Positions 28,524 to 37,845 are shown, numbered from the stretch's first letter. The stretch: 64,000 nucleotides of DNA from an uncultured Bacteroidales bacterium (GCA_947305795.1 CAMZEK010000007.1:627-64626); one strand, 5' to 3'. Translations and numbers: made by a program. The notes: a model not told the origin generated them from the letters alone.

Positions 28524-30809
28524 TTAATGCATCACGGTAAAGCGTTTTGCAGTCGTGCCGTTCACACTCTTGATGCTGATGGCATAAATACCTGGAACGA
28601 AATCGGCGGTGCTGATGACCACACCGTCCTCGTCACAAGCTTTAAAGTAAACCACCTGACCTGTCATGTTGTAGACGACCACTTGCTCAAGTCCCTCAGC
28701 CTCAACGCTTAGCATGGCATTGGCGGGATTGGGATAGACCTTCAAATCGCCGTTGCCGCTTTCGCTCACCGAAGTGACCTCAACACTGACGAAGTCCTCA
28801 CCATCTGCCGTCCAAGCGGGAATCGACTCGCAATAGGAACGGTAGGCCGTCACTTTATAAAAGTACTGTCCCGCGTCAACGATGTCGAAATACTCATGCA
28901 TGGTCTTGTCGACGGTGGCAATTTCGCCATAGAAGTCGCCATCTTCGCTGCGATACACCTTGAAGGACTGCGGCTCACCCTCGTATTCCCAAGTGAGCAA
29001 AGTACCAAATTCTCCATTAACCCATTGATACTCAGCGGCAAGACCCGTTGGAGGCAAACAACCGCCACAGTCGTTGTTGTCCGTATGGATCACGCCATTT
29101 AAGTTGTTGGAGCTACCCGTGTAGGTATAGACGGATTGGTTGGCGGAGTTCTTGATGTTGATGGTCAGGCTACTGACGGCAGTGGAAGGCGCCACCCACT
29201 TGAAGGAGACGTTGCCTTCGGGAATACGCACCTGCTGGCTGAGGGGGGTCGACGAAGTCATGGTGATTTCTTCAATGACCGTTCCGAACGAGTTGACCAC
29301 TTGCAGCTTTCCGCCGTTCCAGCCTTGGAAATTGGTGGTTTGGCCGACGACTTTCCACGTGCAGGTAGGGCCATATTGGTATGCAACCTTGGCGAAACGG
29401 CCTTTCACGTTGTTAGAAAGATAATAGAGGCAATAAGTGTAACAATCGAAATCGGCGACATGGTCTTCAAAGTGCATCACTTCGCCAGGAGCCACGTTGC
29501 TTTGCGAGAAAATCTGCTGACCATTGCGTAACAATATCACTTGATCGATGCTCGTCAAGGTCTCGCCGCTCAGCGAGGTGGTAGGATTGGTCCAGCTGAC
29601 GGTACCCGTCTTGGAATTGGCGTTTTCCGCAACGACATCCAGATCTTCCACTGCTGGAATAAGATCATTATAGATGTAATCAGGAATCATGTCAAAAATG
29701 GCGGCTTGACCGTCGTTGAAGTTGCCGGAATAGGTATTCAAGGCATCAATGGCAAAATAATTGTTGTTGAAGCCGCTCCAGCCCCAGTTGAAGAAGAACT
29801 TGCGGTCGCTTTCACGATAGCCACAGCAAACAAAGGCGTGGCCGCCGGTAGGATCACTGCCCGAATAATACAGCGGGAACCCTTCTTCAAGACTGGCAAT
29901 CAGCATGTTTTCCCAGTCCGTCTTGGAATAAAGGTCACGGTCTTTGCGACTAGCTTGATCGGTGTAGCGGAAATAGTTTGCTATGGCAGGTGGAACGTTT
30001 TGGGAATAGGCTCCTGAAGAACCCGGGCCATACATCATGTCAATAGACACACCACAGTGATACATCAAGGTGGCAATAGCTTGAATATTAACTATCGGCG
30101 AGCCTGCAGAAATGGAGTTGATCATGTTGGCCCAATCGTAGGTAGTAGCACCAAAGTCGACGGTTTGCATGGGATAACCCTCAGGCGTGTAAGAATAGGA
30201 ACCGTTGCCCTGTTCAGGCCAATTCCAGAATTTCAGCACCATCGACATGGCCGTAGCTGCACATCCAGCATAGGCATGGCCACCAGGGCCGCCTTGTCCC
30301 GTCGGGCAACAGTAGTTGTAAGGATAATCCTGGTTCCAGTTTAAGGTCACCATGGGGGCAATATCTCCACGATTGCCACGCACATTGCCACCCTCAAAAC
30401 CAGTTCTGGAAATGCTTTCCCATTGAGCCTTGATTTCGGCTTCGGGTTCGAGGTTATTCGTCACGGCATAGTTGATCTGACGGGCATAGTGACGCAGGTA
30501 GTAGGCCAATCCGTCGGAGATTTGGGAGGCATCGAAGTTGCCTTCCTCGCCGTAGGCAAGGATGGGTTGCGCCACATCGTCGGCAGAAACGATGATGAAA
30601 CCGCCTTCAAAGTTGAAGACAAAAAGGGCGTTTGTGCCGCTTTCGGTCATCTCGGTGTAGGCGAGGTTAAGTTCTGCAATTTGTTTGGCAGCATGGTTCT
30701 GCACATACTTCAGGCCGAGCTGACGGGCTTGCTCTACGTCAACGGGCGAGGCGATGAGACGGCTCACGAACAGAGCCAAAGTCGTCATCAGGAATAGGAA
30801 TTTTTTCAT
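28524..30809 (-). CDS. C10 family cysteine peptidase with I69-type prodomain and T9SS C-terminal domain, paralogue 3
   Basis: 'ALFVFNFEGGFIIVSADDVAQPILAYG', 'YAGCAATAMSMVLKFWNWP', 'GHAFVCCGYRESDRKFFFNWGWSG', tail 'VYPNPANAMLSVEAEG...GIYAISIKSVNGTTAKRFTVMH'. Confidence 0.85.
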   Translation of the reverse strand: MKKFLFLMTTLALFVSRLIASPVDVEQARQLGLKYVQNHAAKQIAELNLAYTEMTESGTNALFVFNFEGGFIIVSADDVAQPILAYGEEGNFDASQISDGLAYYLRHYARQINYAVTNNLEPEAEIKAQWESISRTGFEGGNVRGNRGDIAPMVTLNWNQDYPYNYCCPTGQGGPGGHAYAGCAATAMSMVLKFWNWPEQGNGSYSYTPEGYPMQTVDFGATTYDWANMINSISAGSPIVNIQAIATLMYHCGVSIDMMYGPGSSGAYSQNVPPAIANYFRYTDQASRKDRDLYSKTDWENMLIASLEEGFPLYYSGSDPTGGHAFVCCGYRESDRKFFFNWGWSGFNNNYFAIDALNTYSGNFNDGQAAIFDMIPDYIYNDLIPAVEDLDVVAENANSKTGTVSWTNPTTSLSGETLTSIDQVILLRNGQQIFSQSNVAPGEVMHFEDHVADFDCYTYCLYYLSNNVKGRFAKVAYQYGPTCTWKVVGQTTNFQGWNGGKLQVVNSFGTVIEEITMTSSTPLSQQVRIPEGNVSFKWVAPSTAVSSLTINIKNSANQSVYTYTGSSNNLNGVIHTDNNDCGGCLPPTGLAAEYQWVNGEFGTLLTWEYEGEPQSFKVYRSEDGDFYGEIATVDKTMHEYFDIVDAGQYFYKVTAYRSYCESIPAWTADGEDFVSVEVTSVSESGNGDLKVYPNPANAMLSVEAEGLEQVVVYNMTGQVVYFKACDEDGVVISTADFVPGIYAISIKSVNGTTAKRFTVMH

Positions 30810-30848
30810 TTTTTTGTTATTTTATTGTTGATTTCTGTTTTAAGGCTG

Positions 30849-30856
30849 CAAAAATA
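30849..30856 (-). promoter_or_regulatory. Bacteroidota -7 promoter box (TAnnTTTG)
   Basis: Minus-strand TATTTTTG about 39 nt upstream of ATG 30809. Confidence 0.45.
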
Positions 30857-30875
30857 ATCATCCTGGTGAAACGAA

Positions 30876-33800
30876 TTACATTTTCACCACTTTTTTGACC
30901 ATAGACCCTGCAGCGGCATTCACTTTGATGAAATACACGCCGTTCTGACAATCGCTCATGTCGATGACCGTCTTTCCGCCTTCACCCGCTTTCTCCACAA
31001 GACACTGGCCGACAAGGTTGTAGACCTCAACCGAGACCACATCCTTGGCTTCGACGGTCAGCATGCAGGAAGTCGGATTGGGATACAGCGCCATGCCGTT
31101 CGTCGCCTCAACGACGGACAAATTGCTGAACCTGATGAAGTCCTCACCTTCCTCGGTCAAGCCGTATTCCGACTCACAATCTGAATACACCGCCTTGACT
31201 TTGTAGGTCTTGTCCATTCCTTCGAGGTTAATGTCTTCTTCATAAAGATCATTACTGGGTGCTGGGAATGAAACGTCGGTAGTGTCACCCGCCAAATGGT
31301 CGATGACGGTAACGACGAAATGGTCGGGGATGCGCTCTTCGTAAGGATGGCTCCATGTAAGGCGAATCTTATCGGCAGGCTCTGACAAGCGCCTGAAGTC
31401 ATACGGTGCCGAACAAGGCAACGGATCTGCTTCGAAAACTACTGTGACCTCATTCGTCTCAAACCCATGATAATCTCCAGAAATGCCTTCAGGAGCAAAA
31501 GCCATCACCTTATAAACATAAGTACCTCCTGGCACCAAGTCTTCATTATCGGTATAGGTAACTCCCGTCACCTCATCTGAAAGCACCGTTCCATTGCGTA
31601 TAACACTGTATTTCATGTCCAAAGCTTGATAAATCGGTTCCCAAAACAGCGTGACCGACATGGCCTCTTCATCCGCTTTAGCAATCAGTTGAGGCTCAGT
31701 GGCATAATACTGTTCATTCGACCAATCCACTTTAACATAGAACTGTTCCTCATTGAAAAGACTGTTGGCATAAGCGGATGTGCAGTCAATATCCTGATAA
31801 TAAGCCACTACCGCGTATTTGTAGGGGGTTCCCGCCACAGCGGTGTTGTCCTTAAGGTTGGTCGCGGTCAACAATTTAACACGCTTGTAATCAGAGTCTT
31901 CCGTCTTGCGATAGACGATATAGCCCGTAATGTTCTCGTTTTCGGGTGCAGTCCAGTACAGTTGCACCTTATTATTATTGGTGTAGTTGAAATACAAGTT
32001 GGAAGGTGCTTCGCAGCCTGTACCAGAAGTGACGCAATACTCGTTGGAAGGGACCGTTTCGCCACCATTACACAAAGCCGTGATATAGTAACTATGGCCA
32101 CCGATTTCTGTGTTAACATCCACATACTGAGTTTCATGTGCCATGTTGAATAGGAAACCGTCACGATAGATGCAGTAGCCGAATTCTGGGGTATGGTCAC
32201 TATCCCATGTGAGGATGATGGTGCGGTCATTCTCGGGGTCGAGAGTGGCCTTCAAATTGTAAGGCGCCTCGCAGGTGTTCTCGTTGCCACAACCGTTGTT
32301 CAGGGTCTTGATGAGGCCGGGCTCCAGTCCCGACGAGGGGCCGTTATATTCATAAACAAGCTGGTTTTCAGCGTCTCTCACCTTGAAGGAAAGGTTGCTG
32401 ATGTTGGAATTGGGTGCAGTCCAATACAGGTTGTTGTTGCCCAAGGCCATCTGGAAGTTCTGTATGGTGGCCGTGGCTTGTGTGGTGGTCAGGAAGTCGA
32501 TGTAAGTGCCTGCAGCGTTCTGCACAGTGATACCGCCTCCGTCCCAGCCATGAAAATCGGTTGACGTCATGACGACTTTCCAAGTGCAATAGGGGCCAAA
32601 GACAGCTTTTGTAACGGTCGAGCGGCCATAAGTGTCAGCACCAACGGCCATTACCGTGTATTCGAACTGGTCGAAATAAGGCACTTCGTCGTCATAAGTC
32701 ATGGCCTGACCTGGTACAACACCCGTAATCTCCTGAACGACAAAGCCATTACGCTTTACAACGATCTTGTCAAGCGCAGTCAGGGCCTCCCCCGTCATGG
32801 TCTCAGTGGGATTCGTCCAACTGAGATGCCCAATCCGCGAAACATCGCTGTCGATACTCACGCTGAGGTTTTCGGGAGCTTTGGGCATTTGGTTGTAGAC
32901 GTAATTCGGAATGAAGTCATACACAATAGCCTGACTGCCAGAATATTCAAAGTTTTCGCCGTCGATGAGGAAATAGCCGTTGGAAGCGCCACCCCAACCC
33001 CAGTTGAAATAAAACAGGTCGTCCACATCATAGCCGTCGCAAACGAAGGCATGGCCGCCATCCGGACTTTGTCCAGAATAATACAGCGGGATATGCTGGT
33101 CGATGTTCGACTTCAACAAGGCTATCCACTCGTCATAAGTATGGCCGCTTTTGGAAATGTGTTCGGCATGTTCCGAATAGGAAAAATAAGTGCTGATAGC
33201 CGTGGGGACATCATCAGAGAATGCGCCGCTGCCGTCAGGGGCAAACATCATATTGACCGACACGCCACAATGGTACATCAACGTGGCCACAGCCTCCTTC
33301 TGTTCTTGTGTGGCGTTGCCATAATAATTCAGCATCTTGTCCCAAGCATAAGTGGTAGCACCAAAGTTGGCGTATTGCTCGCCATAGCCTATGGCATAAT
33401 AACTGTGCTCGCCCGTTCCCGTGACTGGCCATTCCCAGTACTTCATCAGTTGAGCCATCGCCGTGGCGACACAACCCGTCGGGCAACCTCCAGGGGCATA
33501 CATATTATAAGGAGCATCTTGGTTCCATTTCAACGGCACGAGTGGTCCCACCACGGGAGCACCACGGTCGGGATGAAGCACGCCGTAGGCTTCCAAGTTC
33601 TTCCAGCGGCAGATGATGTCGCTCGAAACGTTACCGCCTTGTTGCACAACGGTTTCAATGCCGTGAGAAAGTTCGTCCAGCATGAATCGAAGTCCGTCGG
33701 GAGCGGTTTCATAGTCGAACTGGCCTTGGTCGGAATAGCCGAGGATGGGCGACGAGCAGTCGTCAGCTGCCACAATGACAAAACCGCTGTTGAAGTTGAA

Positions 33801-34001
33801 GACGTAAGCCGTGGCCGTGCCATTAGTGGCACGACAGGTGTAGGCCAATTCAAGGTCATTCACCGCGTTTTTGGCAAACATGGCCTTGTGCTGGATGAAA
33901 TTGAGTCCCAAGCGTTGCGCTGTGCCCACTTCAACGGGGTTGGCTTTGAGGGTCGTCACGCCCAGAAGCAAGGCGAAGATAACAAGTAAATTTTTTCTCA
34001 T
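30876..34001 (-). CDS. C10 family cysteine peptidase with I69-type prodomain, extra Fn3/Ig-like modules and T9SS C-terminal domain, paralogue 4
   Basis: 'TAYVFNFNSGFVIVAADDCSSPILGYS', 'PTGCVATAMAQLMKYWEWP', 'GHAFVCDGYDVDDLFYFNWGWGG'. It is about 180-280 aa longer than its paralogues through additional beta-sandwich repeats. Tail 'LYPNPTSCMLTVEAKD...GVYFIKVNAAAGSMVKKVVKM'. Confidence 0.85.
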   Translation of the reverse strand: MRKNLLVIFALLLGVTTLKANPVEVGTAQRLGLNFIQHKAMFAKNAVNDLELAYTCRATNGTATAYVFNFNSGFVIVAADDCSSPILGYSDQGQFDYETAPDGLRFMLDELSHGIETVVQQGGNVSSDIICRWKNLEAYGVLHPDRGAPVVGPLVPLKWNQDAPYNMYAPGGCPTGCVATAMAQLMKYWEWPVTGTGEHSYYAIGYGEQYANFGATTYAWDKMLNYYGNATQEQKEAVATLMYHCGVSVNMMFAPDGSGAFSDDVPTAISTYFSYSEHAEHISKSGHTYDEWIALLKSNIDQHIPLYYSGQSPDGGHAFVCDGYDVDDLFYFNWGWGGASNGYFLIDGENFEYSGSQAIVYDFIPNYVYNQMPKAPENLSVSIDSDVSRIGHLSWTNPTETMTGEALTALDKIVVKRNGFVVQEITGVVPGQAMTYDDEVPYFDQFEYTVMAVGADTYGRSTVTKAVFGPYCTWKVVMTSTDFHGWDGGGITVQNAAGTYIDFLTTTQATATIQNFQMALGNNNLYWTAPNSNISNLSFKVRDAENQLVYEYNGPSSGLEPGLIKTLNNGCGNENTCEAPYNLKATLDPENDRTIILTWDSDHTPEFGYCIYRDGFLFNMAHETQYVDVNTEIGGHSYYITALCNGGETVPSNEYCVTSGTGCEAPSNLYFNYTNNNKVQLYWTAPENENITGYIVYRKTEDSDYKRVKLLTATNLKDNTAVAGTPYKYAVVAYYQDIDCTSAYANSLFNEEQFYVKVDWSNEQYYATEPQLIAKADEEAMSVTLFWEPIYQALDMKYSVIRNGTVLSDEVTGVTYTDNEDLVPGGTYVYKVMAFAPEGISGDYHGFETNEVTVVFEADPLPCSAPYDFRRLSEPADKIRLTWSHPYEERIPDHFVVTVIDHLAGDTTDVSFPAPSNDLYEEDINLEGMDKTYKVKAVYSDCESEYGLTEEGEDFIRFSNLSVVEATNGMALYPNPTSCMLTVEAKDVVSVEVYNLVGQCLVEKAGEGGKTVIDMSDCQNGVYFIKVNAAAGSMVKKVVKM

Positions 34002-34038
34002 AGTCTATGATTTTGTAAATTAATTCAGTTTAAAGCGG

Positions 34039-34046
34039 CAAAGATA
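34039..34046 (-). promoter_or_regulatory. Bacteroidota -7 promoter box (TAnnTTTG)
   Basis: Minus-strand TATCTTTG about 37 nt upstream of ATG 34001. Confidence 0.45.
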
Positions 34047-34053
34047 AACATTT

Positions 34054-35319
34054 TCAGGTTTTCTGCTGTTTTTTCTTCGCTGCGGGGAACAAAATATTGT
34101 TCAAAATAAGCCTATAACCTGGAGAATTAGGGTACATATCCAACTCAGTGGGCGGGTCACCGACAATGTGCTGGTAATCTTCGGGGTCGTGGCCGCCGAG
34201 GAAGGTCCAAAAGCCGTTGCCGAAGTTGCCGTGAATGTAACGGTCCTCGTCCAAAGCGGCATTGTCACCCAACACAACGACCGATGGCTTGACAACTGAC
34301 TTATGGAAGGCCGTGGTCTGTCCCATGAAGCCCTTCACCAATCTTTCGTGGCATTGCGTGAGCATGGTCGGGACCGGATCCCACTTGGCGGAAAAGTCGA
34401 ACAACAAGAAATAGTCGTTCTCTTCCCTCACCCGCTGCATCCGCCCTTGCGTGACGTCGATGTTGGAGATTTCGTATTCCTGCGGGTTAGTCGAAACGCT
34501 GAAGTCAGTGAAAGCGAAGCAGTTGTCGTAATCAAGACGTTGCGGGTCGCCGCTGCGGATGGGGTCGCCATCGAACATATAATCACAGATGTCGAGACCA
34601 TCGGCGGACAAGGCCACATCGAAACTGTCGGGCGCGGAGCACATGGCGAACATATAGCCACCACCCGCCACAAACTCTCGGATTTTCTTTGCCACGGCCA
34701 GTTTCAGCTGCGAGACTTTGGTGAAGCCCCAACGTTGCGCGGTGGTTTCCTGTGCCCGCACATCCTCCTGATACCAAGGGTAATTGCGGTAGCGCGCCCA
34801 AAACTTACCGTATTGTCCCGTGAAGTCCTCATGATGCAAATGCAGCCAGTCGTATGTGGGCAAAACGCCCTGCAGCACCTCATCGTCGTAGACCACGTCG
34901 TAAGGGATTTCAGCGTAAGTCAGTACGAGGGTGACGGCATCGTCCCAAGGCAGGTTGTTCTTCGGCGCATATACCGCCACGCGCGGTACCTTCTGTAACT
35001 TCATCTCGTCCATATTCGCGCCCGGGTCGGCGATTTCGGCCAAAATCGCGTCGGCCTGCGCATCAGCGATGACGTTGTAGGACACATTGCGCATCTTGCA
35101 CTCGCGTTCAAACATTTCATGGTAAGGGATGAGGTAGCTCCCTCCTCTATAGTTCAGCAACCAACTGATTTCCACCTCCCTTTGCAGCACCCAATAGGCC
35201 ACGCCGTAGGCTTTCAAATGATTGGTCTGGGTATTGTCCATCGGGATGAGGAGATAGGCGGCCTTCGCGGGCCATGCCAAGGAAAGAAGAAAACACAGGA
35301 TTATCAGTCTAATTCTCAT
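34054..35319 (-). CDS. conserved secreted protein of unknown function
   Basis: Track start 35331 is TTG. ATG 35319 gives the signal peptide 'MRIRLIILCFLLSLAWPAKA'. 'LLIPMDNTQTNHLKAYGVAYWVLQ...WLLNYRGGSYL' matches a widely conserved Bacteroidota family that, from memory, is often auto-annotated as asparagine synthetase B. I see no synthetase motifs. Confidence 0.5.
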   Translation of the reverse strand: MRIRLIILCFLLSLAWPAKAAYLLIPMDNTQTNHLKAYGVAYWVLQREVEISWLLNYRGGSYLIPYHEMFERECKMRNVSYNVIADAQADAILAEIADPGANMDEMKLQKVPRVAVYAPKNNLPWDDAVTLVLTYAEIPYDVVYDDEVLQGVLPTYDWLHLHHEDFTGQYGKFWARYRNYPWYQEDVRAQETTAQRWGFTKVSQLKLAVAKKIREFVAGGGYMFAMCSAPDSFDVALSADGLDICDYMFDGDPIRSGDPQRLDYDNCFAFTDFSVSTNPQEYEISNIDVTQGRMQRVREENDYFLLFDFSAKWDPVPTMLTQCHERLVKGFMGQTTAFHKSVVKPSVVVLGDNAALDEDRYIHGNFGNGFWTFLGGHDPEDYQHIVGDPPTELDMYPNSPGYRLILNNILFPAAKKKQQKT

Positions 35320-35339
35320 TACGCTTTTCAATTAAAGCG

Positions 35340-35347
35340 CAAAAATA
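35340..35347 (-). promoter_or_regulatory. Bacteroidota -7 promoter box (TAnnTTTG)
   Basis: Minus-strand TATTTTTG 20 nt upstream of ATG 35319. Confidence 0.45.
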
Positions 35348-35388
35348 CAAAAAACCTGCAACCTTTGGTTTTCTTTCTGAAAAATCCC

Positions 35389-35396
35389 TACCTTTG
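35389..35396 (+). promoter_or_regulatory. Bacteroidota -7 promoter box (TAnnTTTG)
   Basis: TACCTTTG about 70 nt upstream of ATG 35467. Confidence 0.45.
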
Positions 35397-35411
35397 CCCC
35401 GAAAATAACTT

Positions 35412-35432
35412 CGCCGAATTAAAAATTCGGCG
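35412..35432 (+). promoter_or_regulatory. perfect 9-bp palindrome in the leader of the phosphate-transport operon
   Basis: CGCCGAATT-AAA-AATTCGGCG, located between the -7 box and ATG 35467. Confidence 0.4.
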
Positions 35433-35466
35433 GAGCCAATCTAACGATTTCAAAACCATTACGACA

Positions 35467-36114
35467 ATGGCACTGAACAACCTTTTCACGAGGGAAAAAC
35501 GCGAGAAGCACTTCTTCCCCACCTACGCCAAGCAAGCAGAGACGGCGCAAGTCGCCGCCAAATACCTGAAAGAGTTGGTCAAATCCGACGACCCTGAGGA
35601 ACGCCGACTGCTCACCCGCATGATCAAGAAACAGGAAACCACCGGCGACGAGCTGCTGCGCGAGTTCTACATCGAGCTAAACGGGGCCTTCATCACGCCC
35701 TTCGACCGCGAGGACATGAACGCCCTCGCCATGGACTTGGACAAGTTCCTGGACTTCATCAACCACTCGGCCAAGACCATCCTGATGTACAACCCCAAGA
35801 AAATCGACAAGCAAATCAAGGAGATTATCGACAACATCCATGAAGACGCCACCATCATGATTGAGGTTTTCAGTCTCTTGGACGACCTTGGAAAGAACCA
35901 TCAGCAAATCAGCGACTTGTGCCAGCGCGTCACGCAAATCGAGCATGTGGTCGACGACATCTATGGCGACTACATCTCCTACCTTTTCAGCAACGAGAGC
36001 GACGAGATTGAGCTTCTGAAATACAAGGAGATAGCCCAAGTGGTGGAAGACACCACCGACCGCGCCAAGGAAGTGACCAGCACCGTAAAAAGTCTTATCA
36101 TAAAGCAATCGTGA
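35467..36114 (+). CDS. DUF47 (PhoU-like, TIGR00153-type) phosphate-transport regulator, copy 1
   Basis: 215 aa, all-helical. 'FFPTYAKQAE', 'TPFDREDMNALAMDLDKFLD' and 'IEHVVDDIYGDYISYLF' are the typical DUF47 partner pattern for PiT. Confidence 0.8.
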   Translation: MALNNLFTREKREKHFFPTYAKQAETAQVAAKYLKELVKSDDPEERRLLTRMIKKQETTGDELLREFYIELNGAFITPFDREDMNALAMDLDKFLDFINHSAKTILMYNPKKIDKQIKEIIDNIHEDATIMIEVFSLLDDLGKNHQQISDLCQRVTQIEHVVDDIYGDYISYLFSNESDEIELLKYKEIAQVVEDTTDRAKEVTSTVKSLIIKQS

Positions 36115-37181
36115 TGAACCTCCTGACCATAGCTATCATTCTTTCCATCGTCCTTGCCTTCGTCTTCACCTTCCTGAACGGCATGAACGACGCGGCCAAC
36201 TCCATCTCGACCATCATCGCCACCAAGGTGATGTCGCCGATACAGGCCATCATCTGGGCTTCGTTCTGGGAGTTCACGGCCTTCATCATCATCCGGTTGG
36301 TGCTCAACCAACAGTTTGCCGTGGGTAACACCATGGCCAACTTCGCCGACCAGAATGTCATCACGCCCTACCTTATCTTATCGGCATTGGTCGGCGCGGC
36401 GGTATGGGTAGCCATCTGTACCCGTAACGGAATGCCGATTTCCACTTCCCATGCCCTCATCGGCGGCATCATTGGAGCGGCATGGTTCGTCAACGGCAGC
36501 GATGTGCTGCACATGAAGCCCATTCTCATTACATTGATTTTCATTGTTTTATCACCTTTAATCGGTTTATTCCTCGGCTTTTTCCTTGAATGCATCTTGC
36601 TGAAAGTCTTCAAGAACAGTCCGCGAAAAGGGGTTGACAAGTTTTTCAAGGTGTTGCAACATTTCTCGACGGCGGCTTTCTGTATAGGTCACGGCTCCAA
36701 CGACGCTCCCAAGACGATGGGCATCATCGCTGTGCTGATGGCCAGCGTGTTCACTACCCACGGCGTCAGTCCAGCGATGAAGGAATTCATCGGCAACTTC
36801 TACGATAGCAGCCTTCCATTCCATATCCCTGACACACTGGCTATTACGTGTTATCTCATCATGTCGTTGGGCATCTTGATTGGCGGCAAAAACGTCATCA
36901 AGACGATGGGCGGCGGCTTGGCGAAAATCACACCCATCAGAGGGTTCTCCGCCGAGTTTGCCGGTGCTACCACCTTGATTGCCACCTCGTTCATGGGTAT
37001 CCCTGTCAGCACGACACACACCATCACGGGCGGCGTCATCGGCGTAGGCCTCACCGACGGCATGAAATCTGTGAAATGGGTCACGGCACGGCGCATCGTC
37101 CTTTCGTGGATCCTCACCATCCCTGTGCCTTTGGTCATTGCCGGCGTACTTAACCTGTTGTTCAACCTCCTACTTCCCTGA
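36114..37181 (+). CDS. inorganic phosphate transporter, PiT family
   Basis: 'NGMNDAANSISTIIATKV', 'GHGSNDAPKTMGII' and 'VSTTHTITGGVIGVG' are PHO4/PiT signatures. Track start 36111 is GTG; ATG 36114 overlaps the upstream TGA by 1 nt. Confidence 0.9.
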   Translation: MNLLTIAIILSIVLAFVFTFLNGMNDAANSISTIIATKVMSPIQAIIWASFWEFTAFIIIRLVLNQQFAVGNTMANFADQNVITPYLILSALVGAAVWVAICTRNGMPISTSHALIGGIIGAAWFVNGSDVLHMKPILITLIFIVLSPLIGLFLGFFLECILLKVFKNSPRKGVDKFFKVLQHFSTAAFCIGHGSNDAPKTMGIIAVLMASVFTTHGVSPAMKEFIGNFYDSSLPFHIPDTLAITCYLIMSLGILIGGKNVIKTMGGGLAKITPIRGFSAEFAGATTLIATSFMGIPVSTTHTITGGVIGVGLTDGMKSVKWVTARRIVLSWILTIPVPLVIAGVLNLLFNLLLP

Positions 37182-37186
37182 ATGCC

Positions 37187-37840
37187 ATGAGTCTCAATAG
37201 TTTCTTCCAGTTTTTCGTCCCCAAAGAGAGGAAGTTCTACCCGCTCTACATGAAGCAGGCGGAGTACATTGAGAAGGCCTCCAAACTGCTGCGGCAGATG
37301 ATCAACGAGACCGACCTCCATCAACTCGAAGTCCTGAAAAAGGAAATCAAGGCCTGCGAAACGGAAGGCGACGATGTGTTGCGCGACTTTTACAGCCAGC
37401 TTTTCGCCACCGTGCTAACCCCCTTCGAGCGTGAGGACGTGCATGAACTCGCCGAGATGATGGACACCTTCCTTGACCGCATCGACGACTCGGCCAACAT
37501 CATCCTCACCCGCCGCTTTGTTGACGTGGACGAAGACCTCTCGGTCATGACGGACAACATCATGTTTGCCGCCGAGAGCCTGAGCAACATCATCCGAGAC
37601 CTCGAATTCATGAACAACAATGCCAAAAACAAGGAAATCAACCGCTTGTGCCATGAAATCAAGACACTTGAGCACGACAACGACGAGCTTTACGGCAGCT
37701 ATATCAGCAAACTGTTCCAGCAAAACTACAGCCTCACCGAAATCATCAAGCGCAAGGACTTGGTGCAAGTGCTCGAAAACACTACCAATTCGGTGAAGTA
37801 TATTTCAGATAAGATTAGGAGTATTATTAGTAAGTTGTAA
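37187..37840 (+). CDS. DUF47 (PhoU-like) phosphate-transport regulator, copy 2
   Basis: 217 aa. 'FYPLYMKQAE', 'TPFEREDVHELAEMMDTFLD' and 'LEHDNDELYGSYISKLF' are colinear with copy 1, at roughly one third identity by eye. Confidence 0.8.
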   Translation: MSLNSFFQFFVPKERKFYPLYMKQAEYIEKASKLLRQMINETDLHQLEVLKKEIKACETEGDDVLRDFYSQLFATVLTPFEREDVHELAEMMDTFLDRIDDSANIILTRRFVDVDEDLSVMTDNIMFAAESLSNIIRDLEFMNNNAKNKEINRLCHEIKTLEHDNDELYGSYISKLFQQNYSLTEIIKRKDLVQVLENTTNSVKYISDKIRSIISKL

Positions 37841-37845
37841 TCGCC

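Noticed and set aside
24142-33989. Several long plus-strand ORFs (24142..24939, 24970..25638, 27373..28035, 29541..30017, 32826..33989) inside the C10 peptidase genes.
   Set aside because: They are shadow frames antisense to genes with unambiguous signal peptide, catalytic and T9SS motifs. They have no motifs of their own and recur only because the underlying genes are paralogous.
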